The translations under genes and the position numbers were made by a program. DNA of 64,000 bases from Klebsormidium nitens (lineage: Eukaryota; Plantae; Klebsormidiophyceae): assembly GCA_000708835.1 (NCBI GenBank), contig DF237388.1, positions 1 to 64,000 on the forward strand, read 5' to 3'. How positions within the stretch are numbered: the first letter of the stretch is position 1; every line of letters begins with the position of its first letter. Positions 49,638 to 62,901 of the stretch are shown piece by piece. The notes beneath the pieces are model-generated. The model was not told where the DNA came from. It searched no databases and saw only the letters and a list, made by a program, of their open reading frames with translations.

Positions 49638-51705
49638 TTTCAGACAGTTGAGTATGAAGGACGACGCTACACAGCCTAGCTCTCCGCTGAGATCAGACGC
49701 CAACTGGTCAACTGATTAGGTTCAGACAGGGTTCATTCAAAATGGTCTACTGTCAAAAGTGCTCAACGTTGATCCTGGAACTCGTAGTTGAGAAGCGGCG
49801 TCCTCTGAAGCACCACTTTACATGCAATAACAAAGCAGGTTTCCTTCCAAATCAGACTGCTTTGAGTCGTTGTGTGGTCTTGCTTCTCCTTGGAAACAGA
49901 AGTGTCCAGCTTCAGGGCCCGTCATCTACAACCTCGTCCAGATTGCTCCAGCCAGGTCGCAAAAGTGAGCGTATTCATGATCGACACTGATCAGGGCTCT
50001 AGGATCCCCATTCTTGTCAGCTGCCGAAAGTCAGTCAGTCGTGGCAGCGAAGACAGTTGCAAGCGTCTCCGTGCCTGTTGCATGCAGTGAAAGTGCATGC
50101 AGGCATTCATAAAGTGCGTGCATGCAGGACCGAGCAGCTCGCTGAGCCTTGCTCCGAGCCCCCGCAGGGATCCCTCTGGGGGTGTTCAACTCAAAGCTCC
50201 ATCTTTAACCCTCCGATGATTAGCATCGGACGGAGCATGTGCCACCAGAACTAAATCACTTGGCCTCCAGTGTTGCCTTTGTAGTACCGACCGGTAGGAG
50301 GTACGGTACTTCTCAAGCCATGTTACTCCTCTGGTATGTACCTTGGGTTACCACGTGGATCTGAAAGGCCATCCGATTGGCTAAGAGATATGGAACGCAC
50401 TGTACGTGCAGCTTTTCGGTCGACGCGCACCCTTAGCCCAGCTGCGCGGTCTGAAGCGAATTGCATGAGGCGAATTTGTCCGAACGAAGCCCCGTCTACC
50501 TGCTTTTAGTCTCGTTGGGTTTTGCATGGAACTTTTCAAACATTCAAGTTGAGCAACTGAAAAAGGAAGACCTTGGGGCTGCTTCATCAGTCTATTCATT
50601 GGCAGCTACCGAGCAATTCCTCTTTACAGTGACAGCTGCATGGCATGCTTGTGACTTGTGCGGCATTGTTGGCAGCCTGCTCTTTGTGTGTATAAAACTT
50701 TTCCGGGCAGCAGACTTAGTCAACATAGCATGCAATAGCATACTTCGCATTGTGGGCCACCATTGGAATCGCCAATCAGTAGATTAAAGATTGGATATTG
50801 GGGCCGATCCTCATTCCAGGCCCGACGCGAAATGATTTGCAATAAATGCTTCAGCTATGCGTGGTCTAGGACGTGTGATGAAGCAGCTCCTTGCAGCGAA
50901 CTTGACTCGGGCCTCAATTTGATGTATACCACAATTGCCCGGGGGGCCCGGGCGTTTGCAAGGCAGACCAGTCAATTACATTTATATAACATGCTTCTAG
51001 AGCATAATAAGTTCATGTCAGTACCGTCAAAATACTTCACCTAAGTTGCATGGTATCCGGGTTTATAAGAACAAGTGACCATATCCGGCCGATGATCACC
51101 TTCATATGGACGTTTCTATGCATTTGAATGCCGCATGCATGCATCACATGATCAATTAATGTATGTGGATGGTGACACGTGACGTATGCAAAAGAGCTGC
51201 AGGTCCGTCACAGCCCGCCGGCAGCTGGCGGCCATCATCTTGGATGATCTAATGTAGATCATCGGACTATAGCACGCTGCTCAGTCACAGAGAGCTCAGC
51301 TGCGGCCGAGCTTGCAAAACAGCTGTGACGTAAGCTTAAACCAAATCGAGCATGATAGCTTTTACCAATCCTACGTTGATCCCGGCTAGGTTGATCCGCA
51401 GCATTGTCTGCCCAATCATTATATTGTGTTGGACACTAGGTGCTCCGACATTGAATGCGTTTGGCGAGTTTGGTGTTACTCTGGACAATATTCAACCTCT
51501 CATGCACTGAAAGGCAGCGGTAATTGATAGCATAACCTGGTTAACCGGAGCCTGCAGGCAGATACAATGCCAGATACAATGACGGACGATTCATCAAAGC
51601 GTGCACAGTCGTCAGGACAGACGGTATCATCATAGTATGCACTTCCCGAGCAAAAGCAACATAAATCAGTGGCTAACTGAAAACCCAGCAACACGCAGGT
51701 TACTC

Positions 51706-54700
51706 TTAAGGGGCTGTAAGAATTTCGACCCCGTTGTCAGTAATCAATAGCGTATGCTCGAACTGAGCACTCCAACTTCCGTCCACTGTGACGGACGTCC
51801 AGTTGTCGCTCCACACCCGGTCCCGCACTCCTCCCAAAGTGAACATAGGTTCTATACATGCGAGACAGTAGTGAGTGAGCAGAGACCGTTTCATTCAGCA
51901 AAGTGCAGCTTCGTACACCAACAGCTACAAGAGAGACTATAAGGAAGACTCTGTTGGCTCACGTGCACGGAAAGCGGATCATTAAAAGAGCGCATCTTTC
52001 TTGGACTTTCTAAGTGGGTCAAGACGAAGTCGCTCTGGCCCGAGAGCTTCGTGGTCCGATAGTAAAAGGTGAACGCAACAATTCCCAACAGATTAAACAA
52101 GCCAATCAGGTCGGGACACAGCGACTTGCGGCTCACCTATCGTGAACGTTTGGTTCTTCACCATAACACCAGGCTTGTTATTTCCTGCAGGCAAACACAT
52201 GAAAGCGCTCGGTATACCTTCTTTCGCGACCGTCGCCAATGCTTAAAAACGAGCAAGCGGGATTTCAACAGCCGCACATTCTGTAGCTAGTAGGTAGAGC
52301 TCAATAAAGAACGAAACTAGCTAGACACGTCTGTAGAAAAACCTTAAACTCTGAGGAGCTCAAGGGGGCCAGGCACGGCCAACCAGACCCTTCGGATGCT
52401 TCTGGGGGATGCTGACGACAGAAATTCCTCTCTATTACTCAAAACGCCTTCGGTTGTGAATAAACTCAACTAGCTTGTACAGGGCTTGCAAAAGCAACTG
52501 CGCTGAACACGATCCCGAACCGGAGAACTTTATGGTGTGCGCTTTTTGTTCGGTGCACAATTCTATGAATTGTCTGGAGATGATAATGATTCTTCGGTGG
52601 GAAAATTTGACTACAGTTAAGAGGTCTGACAAACGTGTGTTGTGGACTTGCTGGAGGCAGATCAAGCTCGGATGAGAGGGCTGACGGTGTGTTTTTATCA
52701 CGCTGAAAAAGACAGGTCCAACCTATATTACCCCGCCGAGCACCTAGGAACTTCAGAAGGGCCCATCAAAGAGACTTCAGACGGGCGCACAAAAAGGACG
52801 TCAACAAAAGCTTCGCAGAAACCCTTCAGCTCGCTCCCCCTTTTTCAAGGGCCGAAGATGCAATCTAGTGAGACGACTCGTTCTACAACGCATGCCGCAA
52901 CTTTACGCTTTTAGAACAGCAAAGCCTCTTGACGAGTCTCTGAATCCAGGTAAACTTTATCAATAAAGCAGAGCCAAGTCGCAGATCGCAGATCCGGCAC
53001 ATCCGACGTTCAAACTTCAAATAGATTTTAGCCGCGTTTTGTTGAAAGGACTCACGATTATGTAGGATCGTGGGGCCGGAATGAAAGATCTGCCCGACTC
53101 CATGGCCAATGTACTGATGCACAACGCCCAGCTTGTATTTGTCACCAATGGCACTGCACACAATGATTCGGGTCAGCGGCAAACCCTCAACAGCAAGTCT
53201 TGACCCTCAGGGTTAGTCCCTGACCCTCGATGGGGTGAGATCCTTGACAGTCCGGACCGAAACCTCAACGGTCAGGCCCTAACTTTAAACGGTCGGAATT
53301 TCACCCTCGACCAAATCCCCGGCGATTGGGGCCAAACCTTTGACAGGCGGAAAGCCCATCTTGATTTCAGACCGCCTTTTGAAGCTCTGATTGAGAACAG
53401 TCGACGATCCGGACTAATCTTGCATAGTTGGGAGTCTAAAAACCCAGAGTCAGGCCGGCTCCCTTGCGCACGCCGATTTTAATCGCCCATAAGGAGGAGA
53501 AGTTCATTTGTGTCAATTTGTCCAGTATACATCCAGTCCCGAATAGAGTGCACTTCCCGCAGTTGCTTGCAAGACCCAAACAAGAAAGGGGACAACGGCG
53601 ACGATTTCAACTTACTGTATCGTCTTGCCAATCTTGTTGTACGGCACCCCTGGTGCACAGATGGCAATCGCAGCGTCCAAAGCCTCCTTCGTAGCCTGAC
53701 AGACGACAACAGGAGACTCAAATTCAGTTCCTGATCCATCGTTTGTAGAAGGCCTAGTCGCTACTCCCCGCGAATGCAATCCAGTAGCACCAAGCGGTCT
53801 TCGATGTTCGAGCGGAAATATAAACACCCAACTTAAAGAGGGGCATCTAACGTAGCTATCCAATTTCCCCAAAAGTCAACGGCTCAGGATAACCGACTCT
53901 TATTCCGATCAAGGCGCTGGGACTTGGAGACGAAAGAAGCAAAAAGTAGCGAAGAATGTCGCCTATGGGTTCGTAAGGCAACGTACACTTCGGGCTGCGA
54001 ACAAGTCGCTTTTCAGAATGCTGCGTAACTCACCGCCACTAATCTTCTGGCCTCCGGAGCAACGTTGCCGCAGAAGAAGGTGGCGGACGTGTCTCCGTGG
54101 TAGCCCTGATTCACAAAGCGGAAGTATTTCAGTGATAACTGGTTGTAAGGTTCCGAGGTCGTCATTGACAAAACGGGCTGACAACCGAACAGGAGTCAGT
54201 GATGAACCTTTGCGAACCTCAGGAAAAAAGTGTCAGCGAACCTGACTTTGAAAGGTCCAATCTTGCACTGCATTTAAATCCAGATGTACGAATCTAGGGA
54301 CCTTGCAGAAACCTGACAAAACTCATTTACCGTCTCTAAGAAAGAAAGACATACCAAGAGCGTTAGGCGGTGTCTCAAGCCTAAGGCAAGGGTTCAAAAA
54401 ATAGGCTTCATGGCCATTTCAGGGAGATATAAAGCAGCGAAGAGCCTTATTTGAATGTCGGCGCCTTTTTGCCTACTGTTTCGGGGTTGTTTGGCCTCAC
54501 TTACATTCAGGAAGACTGTCACATCGATGTTGATGATATCGCCATCCTGCAACGAGAAACGGGCTGATTCAGCGAGTAATTCCTTGCAGGTTGACCGTAA
54601 GAGGTCTTCACGACGAGAGATTCCGTAGAAGCCCCTAACAGGATTAGGAAAAACTTCCGCTTTTCCAGACCCGTATCCGATGGAAAACACATGAACGTCC

Positions 54701-57108
54701 CCTACCGTCTTGCCAACAGCGGGTTTCAACCTCTTCTTTCCTGTTGCAGTCTTTCAAAATAACAAGAAGATTAGTCCGTCCGTGCGTATCTTCCGATCCA
54801 TTCTTCAACTTCCTCCCGTCACCTCAAGCCCTTGCGCTATGCCACCTCCAAACGATTGCACTATGTCGGAAGCCTTTGGCAACTGAAACTCGTATCTCAA
54901 CCTCGAATCAGCTAAAGGCAGGTGAAAACCGCACCTCCAGTGGTCTCGAGTCCGGTATGCCATGGCATATGCACTCGTTGACAGACGTGCAAACGCTCTT
55001 CGGAAATCTGCCGTAGTTGAGGGGGGAAGGGTATGCGCCAGCTTCGATGATCATCTTATGCACGGCCTTGTCGATGGAGTCCGTCGTGACACCAGGCTGC
55101 AGGGGCAAGGGAACAGTCAGAATGGCTCCTTTTGAGTAGTCAGAAATGTACATTCTGAGCTTCAAGAGATTGACAGAATATATCTTGCGCCCTTTATTGA
55201 GAACACACGAAGCCTCTCTTAATCTCCCTGCTCCAATCCCGCAGCTTCGAGCATTCTCCTGCGTTCTAGCGGAGAACGCAAACGTCCGTTGCTCTTCTTT
55301 CCTTGGAGATGGGGGCTTACATGTGCGGTTGCTGACTTGTGAGCGACCATTTCCAATCGGTGGGCTCATACGTTTCAAATTGAACCCTATGACGCGGGTA
55401 GTTGAAAATCGACTCAAGTCAGTAGGAACATTTCTGGAATATCATCTTCAACGATAAAAATCTCGGGTCTTCGAAATGTCATCCACAATCGGCTCTTTTG
55501 ACCAGTCCAACAGTTATGGGGTTTCGCACCAGGAGCAGTGTTTCAACCGCCCGGACTCGCACACCCTACCTCAACAGTAGCACCCATCAAGTCACGTGCG
55601 CTTAGAAGGAGACGGCGGTCTCAGTAAAACGGCCAGCATGCAAGCTCCAAAATCAGCGACGAAATCTACCTAGGCTGGGCCCCCTCAATCAACGCAGACG
55701 GGTCTGTGATTGTTTTACACCCACCTTGACGAGCGTCCCCGCATAGTCCCGCACCTCCGCCGCCAGTTTCCCCGCCGCGCGCATCCGCTTGATGCCCTCT
55801 GCGTCGTGGATCTGAAGGTGGTCCTCCTCAAAAGGGGGGGAGACGCCGCTTTCAGCGTATGAGGGACGGGGGATGTTGGGGGGGACAACTAGGGTGGGGG
55901 AGACCTGCCCTCGCTCCAGGCGCTTTGATCCTGGGCCCCTGCGGTACGTTAGGAGGGGGTTTGAAGTCCTTAGTCCTCTTGCAAAGCATAGAATCACATG
56001 CACACGCGGGATTTGTCGACCTACAAGACGTGTTAACCTACTAGTCGCAGTCTTGTTTGATGGCGATGGACAAATCCGATGTTGCGAGGTCTCTGTGGAA
56101 TAGAGAAAGGCAGGACGGTTGGGCATTCTGGTTTGTAGATTTTGTGTACCGGTAGCTAAAAGCAGCAGCAAATACCACTCAACTTTGAGGGGGTCAATCA
56201 GACCTGTAAGGAGACCAATTGAAGCACATTGTCTCGCAGACAGGGAAACATAAGGAAAGGCCACGCGCCTACCTCTCTCGGGTTGGCTTCATCAACTCCA
56301 TCAACCCAAACTTCCTTGCCGTCACCATAAAAGAGCGCTGGGCCTCCCTCGGCCTCTCTGCACGGTCAAGAAAGCAGACTTAGGGGCCGACCAACTAAGC
56401 TTCTTGAGGACCGGGGGGGCTTTCGAGGAATCAAGGCGGGGAGGGAATATGTGTGTCATAAGGGTTGCACTAGGGACTTGAAACCCCCAACTTCGAAGGT
56501 GATGCTTCATTGTGGAAGCAATGGAATCCTCAAATGGCATAATCAAGAACCTGTCAGAGCATCACAAAGCAAGAAGAACAGAGTTGGCGATTGTTGGGGT
56601 TGAGTGCTGGGGGCCCTTGAAAAAACTTTTCACACTGGTGACAGCATTGCATCTTTTCAAACGACCCGCTCTGTCTATGCTGTTTCACACTTTCTTTTGC
56701 CTATCCAGATACAACTTCGACAAGTGCAATGTTTGTACGTGCCGGGCCCCTCATTGATCGAGTCAGTCCGGTGTATAGATAGTGCCGAACAATAAGATCT
56801 TCAGAACTACATACCAGTCTCCAATTAAAGAAACCTCTAGAGGACAACAGACCAGCTTTCACAACTCACAATTGAAAAAGGAACTTCATACCTGTGCTTT
56901 CTTGAAGCAACTGGGCCCCGTTCGCAAAGTCTGAAGCAGCAGAACCAGACAGTTCCCTCCTCTGCACCCTAGCACTCGTCAGACACAACGCGCTAGGAAC
57001 GACGATGCCGGGTGGCAAGTCCTGAATCCTTTGAAGACTAGCTGGGCCCGCCAACTGCAAGCGCAGCGACGAAGCACAGCGGAGAGAGCCGCTTGTCATG
57101 GAGGCCAT
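51706..57108 (-). CDS. Organellar type I methionine aminopeptidase (MAP1B/MAP1D-like)
   Basis: Transit-like exon 1 from 57108. Then [20 protein letters not shown]...[17 protein letters not shown]|[41 protein letters not shown]|[14 protein letters not shown]|[10 protein letters not shown]|..[13 protein letters not shown]|..QTFTI|[30 protein letters not shown], ending in TAA at 51706. All five metal-ligand motifs (D, D, H, E, E) are present. Confidence 0.95.
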
Positions 57109-57530
57109 ACCCTTCCCTCAAAGAGTGACGCTTTCCGTGTCTCCTACCTATCTCAATCTTCTCCGGTTCCCTGGAGGAATCTTGCTACTTTAACAACAGC
57201 GCCTACAAGCTCACTCCCTGGATCCCTTTTGAAACTAGCTTGGCAAAAGTTGTAGCCCTAGCCAGCATGAGCAAGGTGTTTTGCCTTTTACTAAGTTTTA
57301 GGGTTTGCTTTCTAGGGTTTTGAGACGGCATTGATTAATATTGATAACCAAAACGAGCTGGCCCCCGGGCCCCAGCTGAGGAACCAGGGTGAATAGTGGC
57401 GGCGCGCCCTTTGCATGAGCGGCGCAGGGGACGCAAGGCCTCTCAAGTTCTGCTCAAGAGTGTCCTCGGGGCTTCAGAGGAGAGGAGTTGGTCTGCAGCC
57501 AGTCACTTATAAACAGTCTCTCCTGCCACC
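57109..57530. promoter_or_regulatory. Compact bidirectional promoter (422 bp between the MAP1 and EB1-like start codons) with two telo-boxes
   Basis: Head-to-head ATGs at 57108 (-) and 57531 (+). TAGGGTTT at 57299-57306 and 57313-57320. GC-rich GGGCCC segment at about 57360-57375. Confidence 0.6.
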
Positions 57531-60500
57531 ATGAATGAGGTCAAGGTGCAGCAAGTTGTGCGGATCGAGAAGAAGCTGGGACGCTTGGTGAGGAAGACAC
57601 ACCAATTTTGCGAAATGCAGGTCTCAAAATGTGATCTGCTATGTTGTACGACCTATGACAGCTGGGAATGTGGAAAGAGGGAAAGTAAGCAATCTGCATA
57701 TGGTACGGTAGCATGGTACATGCGCTGATTGAGTAGCATACTAACCAATGTGTCTACGATGTCCAAGAAAGTGGACTCTGGATGATGCGAAAGTTGCAGT
57801 TTCGTTTCTATTCTGCTTGATTGGAGAGACGTCGCTGAGCTGCATTGAAGAGAGGGGGAATAGAGCAAATCTTTCTGGTGGTGGTAGTTTTAACCACCAG
57901 CGCCTAAAGCAGCGGACCAAGACATGTGGACAATCTTGTGCTTGAGGTACATCCCAAGATTGTCCATGCACACTTGGAGTTTTCTCAGTATGGTACCGAT
58001 GTTGATTTCCAAGAAAGGGCGCAACTGAACATCTCCATGATGTACTTACTTGTACAATACTGGAGAGGAGTTGAGAGCTAGCCTGAGATAGACTTTCAAT
58101 GGACTTCAATCAAGTGCTGACGACATTGTCTTTCTTCTTCAGGAGCTGCTCAATTGGCTAAATGAAACGCTTCGGACTGACTATGCGAAGGTTCAGGACT
58201 GTGCCGATGGTGAGGCTGAGCTTAGTCTATCAGATCACTTAAGATTCACTCACTTGCTTGGCAGTCGTAATCAAAGCAAAAACTTTTGCAGTGCCACCTC
58301 TTACAAACCTTGACCTACCGGAAAGCTCGTTTTACTGTTCCGCAAAGGGGAGAAAGACACACTGTACAGGTTTACCTTTCTGAAACACATAATATGATTA
58401 TGCGATTTCTAGACCTTGTCTAAGTATCTCAAGTGCGTCCTCCTTATCACGAAAGCTGTACTTTTCTCCACTGTCGCCACCTCATGAAAGCTGTTCTCGA
58501 CACCTGATGATTTGTTGCAGTGTGATTGTAATTCTTGTGTCTCTGTAGATCTCTTCTATCTTGATTATCCACTCTCATCCCTTCACGAATTAAATAAGCA
58601 GGGCCATCAGTTCTCTATAAGAAACTTCCGTTGACTTTGCTCTGCAGTTTACAATGAGAGTCTCTACTTTTCTAGTGTGGCTCAAACCAAGATGCAACCT
58701 CTGATGCTTCTCTTGTACCTTTTCCCAGCCTTGGAAGAGACTCCACTTTACTTTGATACGCTCGTCTTTGTCAAGGCTGAGCCTAACAGTCAGTCGTCGC
58801 TTCTCAGCTTATGATACCTGGTCATTCCTCCAGGCATAGCTTATTGCCAGCTCATCGACACCCTGGCACCGGGGCTCGTTCCCCTCCATAAGCTGAGCTT
58901 CACAGCCCGGACGTTGGATGACAACATGAAGAATCTGCGGATCCTGGAGGAGGCAATGTATAAGCTCGGGGTTCGGAAGGACATTGACGTGCCGGGACTT
59001 GCAAAGGGCAAGTTCCAGGTCAGAAGACTCTTCCTTACGTGTCAAACATGCCACGCTCCTTCCAATTGACGCTACAATCATGAAAGAGGTGGTCGTTTTC
59101 GCGGCAATTGCTCGGAAGCGAGTGTTCATGAGCTGCAGACAGCACCGATTGCAGTGCGAACAAAGCTGACAGAGAGCCTGAGGATTGTGCAAGTGAAGCC
59201 AAATGACTTTTGAATACCTGTGAAGGAAGCTTAACCGTCGAGAAAGTCCTCGCAACAAAAGGAATGCGTTCTGTAGACGCGTGTCATCTTGAACGGCACA
59301 TAATACTATATTCAGAAAGGCTTCCAGCGCGAAGGCTGTGAATCGGTATCAAGGGGAGGTTCGACCAAGTCATCTTTTCAATGTTGTCCCCGTCTTATCG
59401 GTCGTTCAGGAGACTCATCAAGGCGAGAGCGAGATCCGTTCACGTAGCCTCACAGGTTGCTCTCCCCTGACGCGAGCAGGACCGCCCCTCAAATGCTCGA
59501 CAGACGCTCCCTCTCGAACACACGAAACAGACCGCTCCTGCGGCAAAAGCCTGACAGACCGCCCTCCCTGAAGCACTGCTAAATCGCCCCTTTGCTGAGT
59601 CTGACGGACCGCCTCCATTACACTGTGCAGGAGAACAACGAGTTTTTGCAGTGGCTGCATGCGCTCCTCCAAAAGAACAGTTACGTCCCTCCCGATGCAT
59701 ATAAGGTGAGCACCGCAGAAGCAATCAAAATTCTTCTAACTACGAAGGTCGACGCTGGATGTTCAAACCCAGCGCCAAGCAAAGTGTTACGACTCCAGCC
59801 GGTGCGCATTTGTCTTCACCGAGCTGTGATGTATCATTCCTTTAAAATCTAACAAAGAACAACCAGTAACAGCGGAACTTTGATCTGATCTTCTTTGATT
59901 AAGGACGGCTGGCAACCTGTGAGCACGCACCTTTGCCTGCAACACCCAGCACAGTCTTGACGATCAAAGGAATGAAATACGGAAGTTCAACGGAGAAGGG
60001 CCGCGCCATTTCTTTCTGATTGACCACACAATCAAAACGGAGGTTTGCAATTGTCGAAGTTCTAGAATTCAAATTGGAAACGTCTTTGCAGGCTTTCGAG
60101 AGGCGCTGGGCGGCTCAGGAGCGCCAGAAGAAGGGCGCGGGGGGGGTTGGGAGTCGGTCTAAAGGGCGGCAGCACCAGCTGAATAACAACCTGGTGCCGA
60201 ACGAGGTGAAAATCAACACCGTCTGAACTCTCCGGTTTCAACCAGCAAAGGGCATCTCCATAGCTCGACTCCTTTTTCGAGACGTGAGATTCCCTTTTGA
60301 CGGATGGTTATCAAAGTCAGCATAAACAGGATCTTCGCCCATTCCTGCCCACCGGAAGCGGTGTCTCCTCCGACCGTTCGAAAGTTTGGTTGAGTGGTTT
60401 CAACCTGAAATCTTTGTGAAAGACAATCTCTGCGCTTATTTAGTCTCAGCTCCACTGAACTCTCCCGCCCCCTTGCAACTTTAACCACACGGTTCCCGTC

Positions 60501-62265
60501 TGCAGTATGAATGGCACGAGGGCCCAGTACGAGACGCTCCCCCTCAGGCCAAACCCCCCATTCTAAACGGCGTCAAACCCGCTCGCCCTTCCGTGGACAC
60601 AGCAAAGCGACAGAGCAGTAACGCAGCCGAAAGCACCGGTCTTGACCCCCCGAGAAGACCGAGAGGCCCTGTTGGCGAAACGCCGAGCCTGGCCGCCCCT
60701 AGTAGAACTCGTCCCGACAGGGCCTCAGCTGACGGGCCGGTGTTAATGGAGAGTAGAACGGCTGCTCGGGGGAGTGACGATTGGAAGGGGTTGGATGAGC
60801 GCGTGAGCTGGATCGGGGGGACGCTCGGGCGCGGTAAAGAAGCCTGGTTGGCGGACCCCCTTTTTGCGGAGTTGGAGGATTTGCAGTTCGAGGGGGGCAA
60901 CAGCTTGAGAGACGCACGGGGAAGCGAGATCGACGCGAGAGAGGCGTCGCGAAACGCGAAGGGGGATGCGAGAAACAAGAGAGAGGATCTAGGAGGAGAG
61001 CGACTTTCAGGGATTGAGTCTCATCGAACGAGCGAACTAGACCGGGGAGCGAGAGCGTCGAGCGAGCAAGAATCGGGGAGTGAACGGATGAGCGACGCCG
61101 TGGGGGGGTCGAGAAGACCTAGCGGCACAGGCGGTGAGAGTCGGAGAGATAGCGAGCAGAAGGGGGGCAAAATAAAGTCGAGCGCGCAAGAGCGGGGGTC
61201 AATAGCGTCAGGCGGCGGGGGGGTGGCACAAACGAGGCGGCAACAAGCGGAGCTTGAGAGCCTGATTGCGTACTTGGAAAGCGAGCTGGTCTCGCGGTTG
61301 CGGGCATTTGCGGACCTCAAGAAGGAGGTGAGGGGTGCGACTCGGCATGAGCACTTGTAGCGCAGCTTCCGTGAGTGAGAGAAGTGTTGCGGGTTCCGTA
61401 CTTGGAACTTTTGGCGAAGTTGTCTTCATCGGTAGACGAAGTTCTTGACTCCAGGCGGGTCCAAGCCCGCTCTCCTGAGTGGCGGCTCAGATCCCCTCTT
61501 TATCCCTCCGTCAGCTCTTCCTGGATAAGATCGTTTTGTCGATTCAAAGCTGTGCCCAGTGCTAGGAATGCGAGAAGAGTAAAACGAGGAAAAGTTCGTT
61601 GAGATTGGGTGACACTAGGGCTACAGCGACCTGCCAAATCCTGATAACGCAAGATATGGAGACCCTTCGGTGAAGGAAGGACCAGACCTCGACGTCCGGA
61701 TTGACATTCAAAAAAAGGAGGGGGGTTGGGGGGCACACCATTTTTGCGGTCCAGTAATCTGCTTAGTTCCTTTGCTTCGCTGGCAGGTGAAGCTGGTGGA
61801 CGAAGAGAGAAGGTTCTATCACGAAAAGCTGCGGAGATTGGAGAAGGTGAGCTATCGTACTGCTAAGAGTACTGTTTAAGAAGAAAAATGCTTATGAAGC
61901 AGCGCTGGTTCATTCTCCAGGTGCCTGATCTTTCTCGTTCGCATCCAATCGCAAAATGAACGCCTGCGGGGTGAGGGTGGCACAGGTTTTGCAGGGCTCT
62001 AGAGCAGCTGAGCATATACTTACAGAGAGGCAAATTTTCTCTCAATCACTTGTGTAACGTGCATCATGAAGCAACATCTTGAAGGTCGGATGGTGCTTTG
62101 TTGTGTGCAAAAGCACCAAATGACATTATGCTGTTTTGCTGTGCGCAGCTATGCGAGCATGCTCACTCCGTTGATGCCGTCACTGAGATGGTGTTGCACG
62201 TGGTCGACATTCTGTCCAATGAAGACGACTGTCCAGCCATTAAGGACGTGTTGACAAGGACTTGA
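57531..62265 (+). CDS. Divergent EB1/MAPRE-family microtubule end-binding protein (CH domain, ~310-aa linker, EBH domain); ~498 aa
   Basis: Exons: 57531-57587, 58143-58209, 58834-59018, 59631-59705, 60092-60205, 60506-61327, 61787-61846, 62149-62265 (TGA); all GT-AG and in phase. CH domain: GRL|ELLNWLNETLRTDYAKVQDCADG|IAYCQLIDTLAPG..NLRILEEAMYKLGV..GLAKGKFQ|ENNEFLQW. EBH domain: EERRFYHEKLRRLEK|LC...VVDILS. Confidence 0.88.
59465..59616 (+). repeat. Degenerate short tandem repeats of the branch-point region in EB1-like intron 3
   Basis: Recurring caggaccgcccct / gacagacgctccct / aacagaccgctcct / tgacagaccgccctccct / tgacggaccgcctcc immediately upstream of the acceptor at 59630. Confidence 0.55.
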
Positions 62266-62901
62266 TCTGCTTTTTACTAGAAAGTAAGCAAGGGTCAGGT
62301 ACTAACAAACAGGCGCGTTTCGACGACCAAGGTCACCGTATTGGGTGGTAGTCAATATCTGTTCACAACGTCCTTAAGCTTTGGTTGCGGTGCACGGTCT
62401 TTGCTGAGACCCCTCTACCGAGGCGCTCAGTCACTCCCAGTGATTTGTTGTGAGACATCGTTGAGGAGATGTTGGATCACTAGGCAGGTCCTGTAAATGC
62501 TGCCTAGCATGCCGCTGCTGTTGATGGAATTCACTGGGCCTAAGGTGCACAACTGTAATCATACATGTGCTTTCAAGTTTGCCCTTGATTAGCATGCCAT
62601 ACGTGCAGCTTACTGACTGCAATGACGCCGATAATTGAGTGACCGTGACCCGGCACATACCTCAGCTAGGGACAACTGTGGCATGCTCTATATGGATAAC
62701 TCGCATATATTCGATTGACTGCGTGACATGTGTTCTAGTGCCACAATACAGGTTATACTCAGTCACGTAGGTATACGGTGAACTCAAGCTTTCAACCACG
62801 TACACCAAACTTATCATGCAGCGGGCCCCTGGTAATACAAACTGTTCGCAATTGGAGTAACAGGTCGCAGCTGCCTCCAACCCAGCCATGCGCACACGTA
62901 C

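Noticed and set aside
50400-51420. Intergenic stretch with small palindromes (gcccggg-ggg-cccgggc; gatgatcta-atg-tagatcatc) and CCAAT boxes
   Set aside because: Stems of 7-9 bp are within chance expectation; no terminal repeats or ORF support a mobile element or RNA gene.
57296-57321. Interstitial telomere array
   Set aside because: Only two non-adjacent TAGGGTTT units; better read as promoter telo-boxes.
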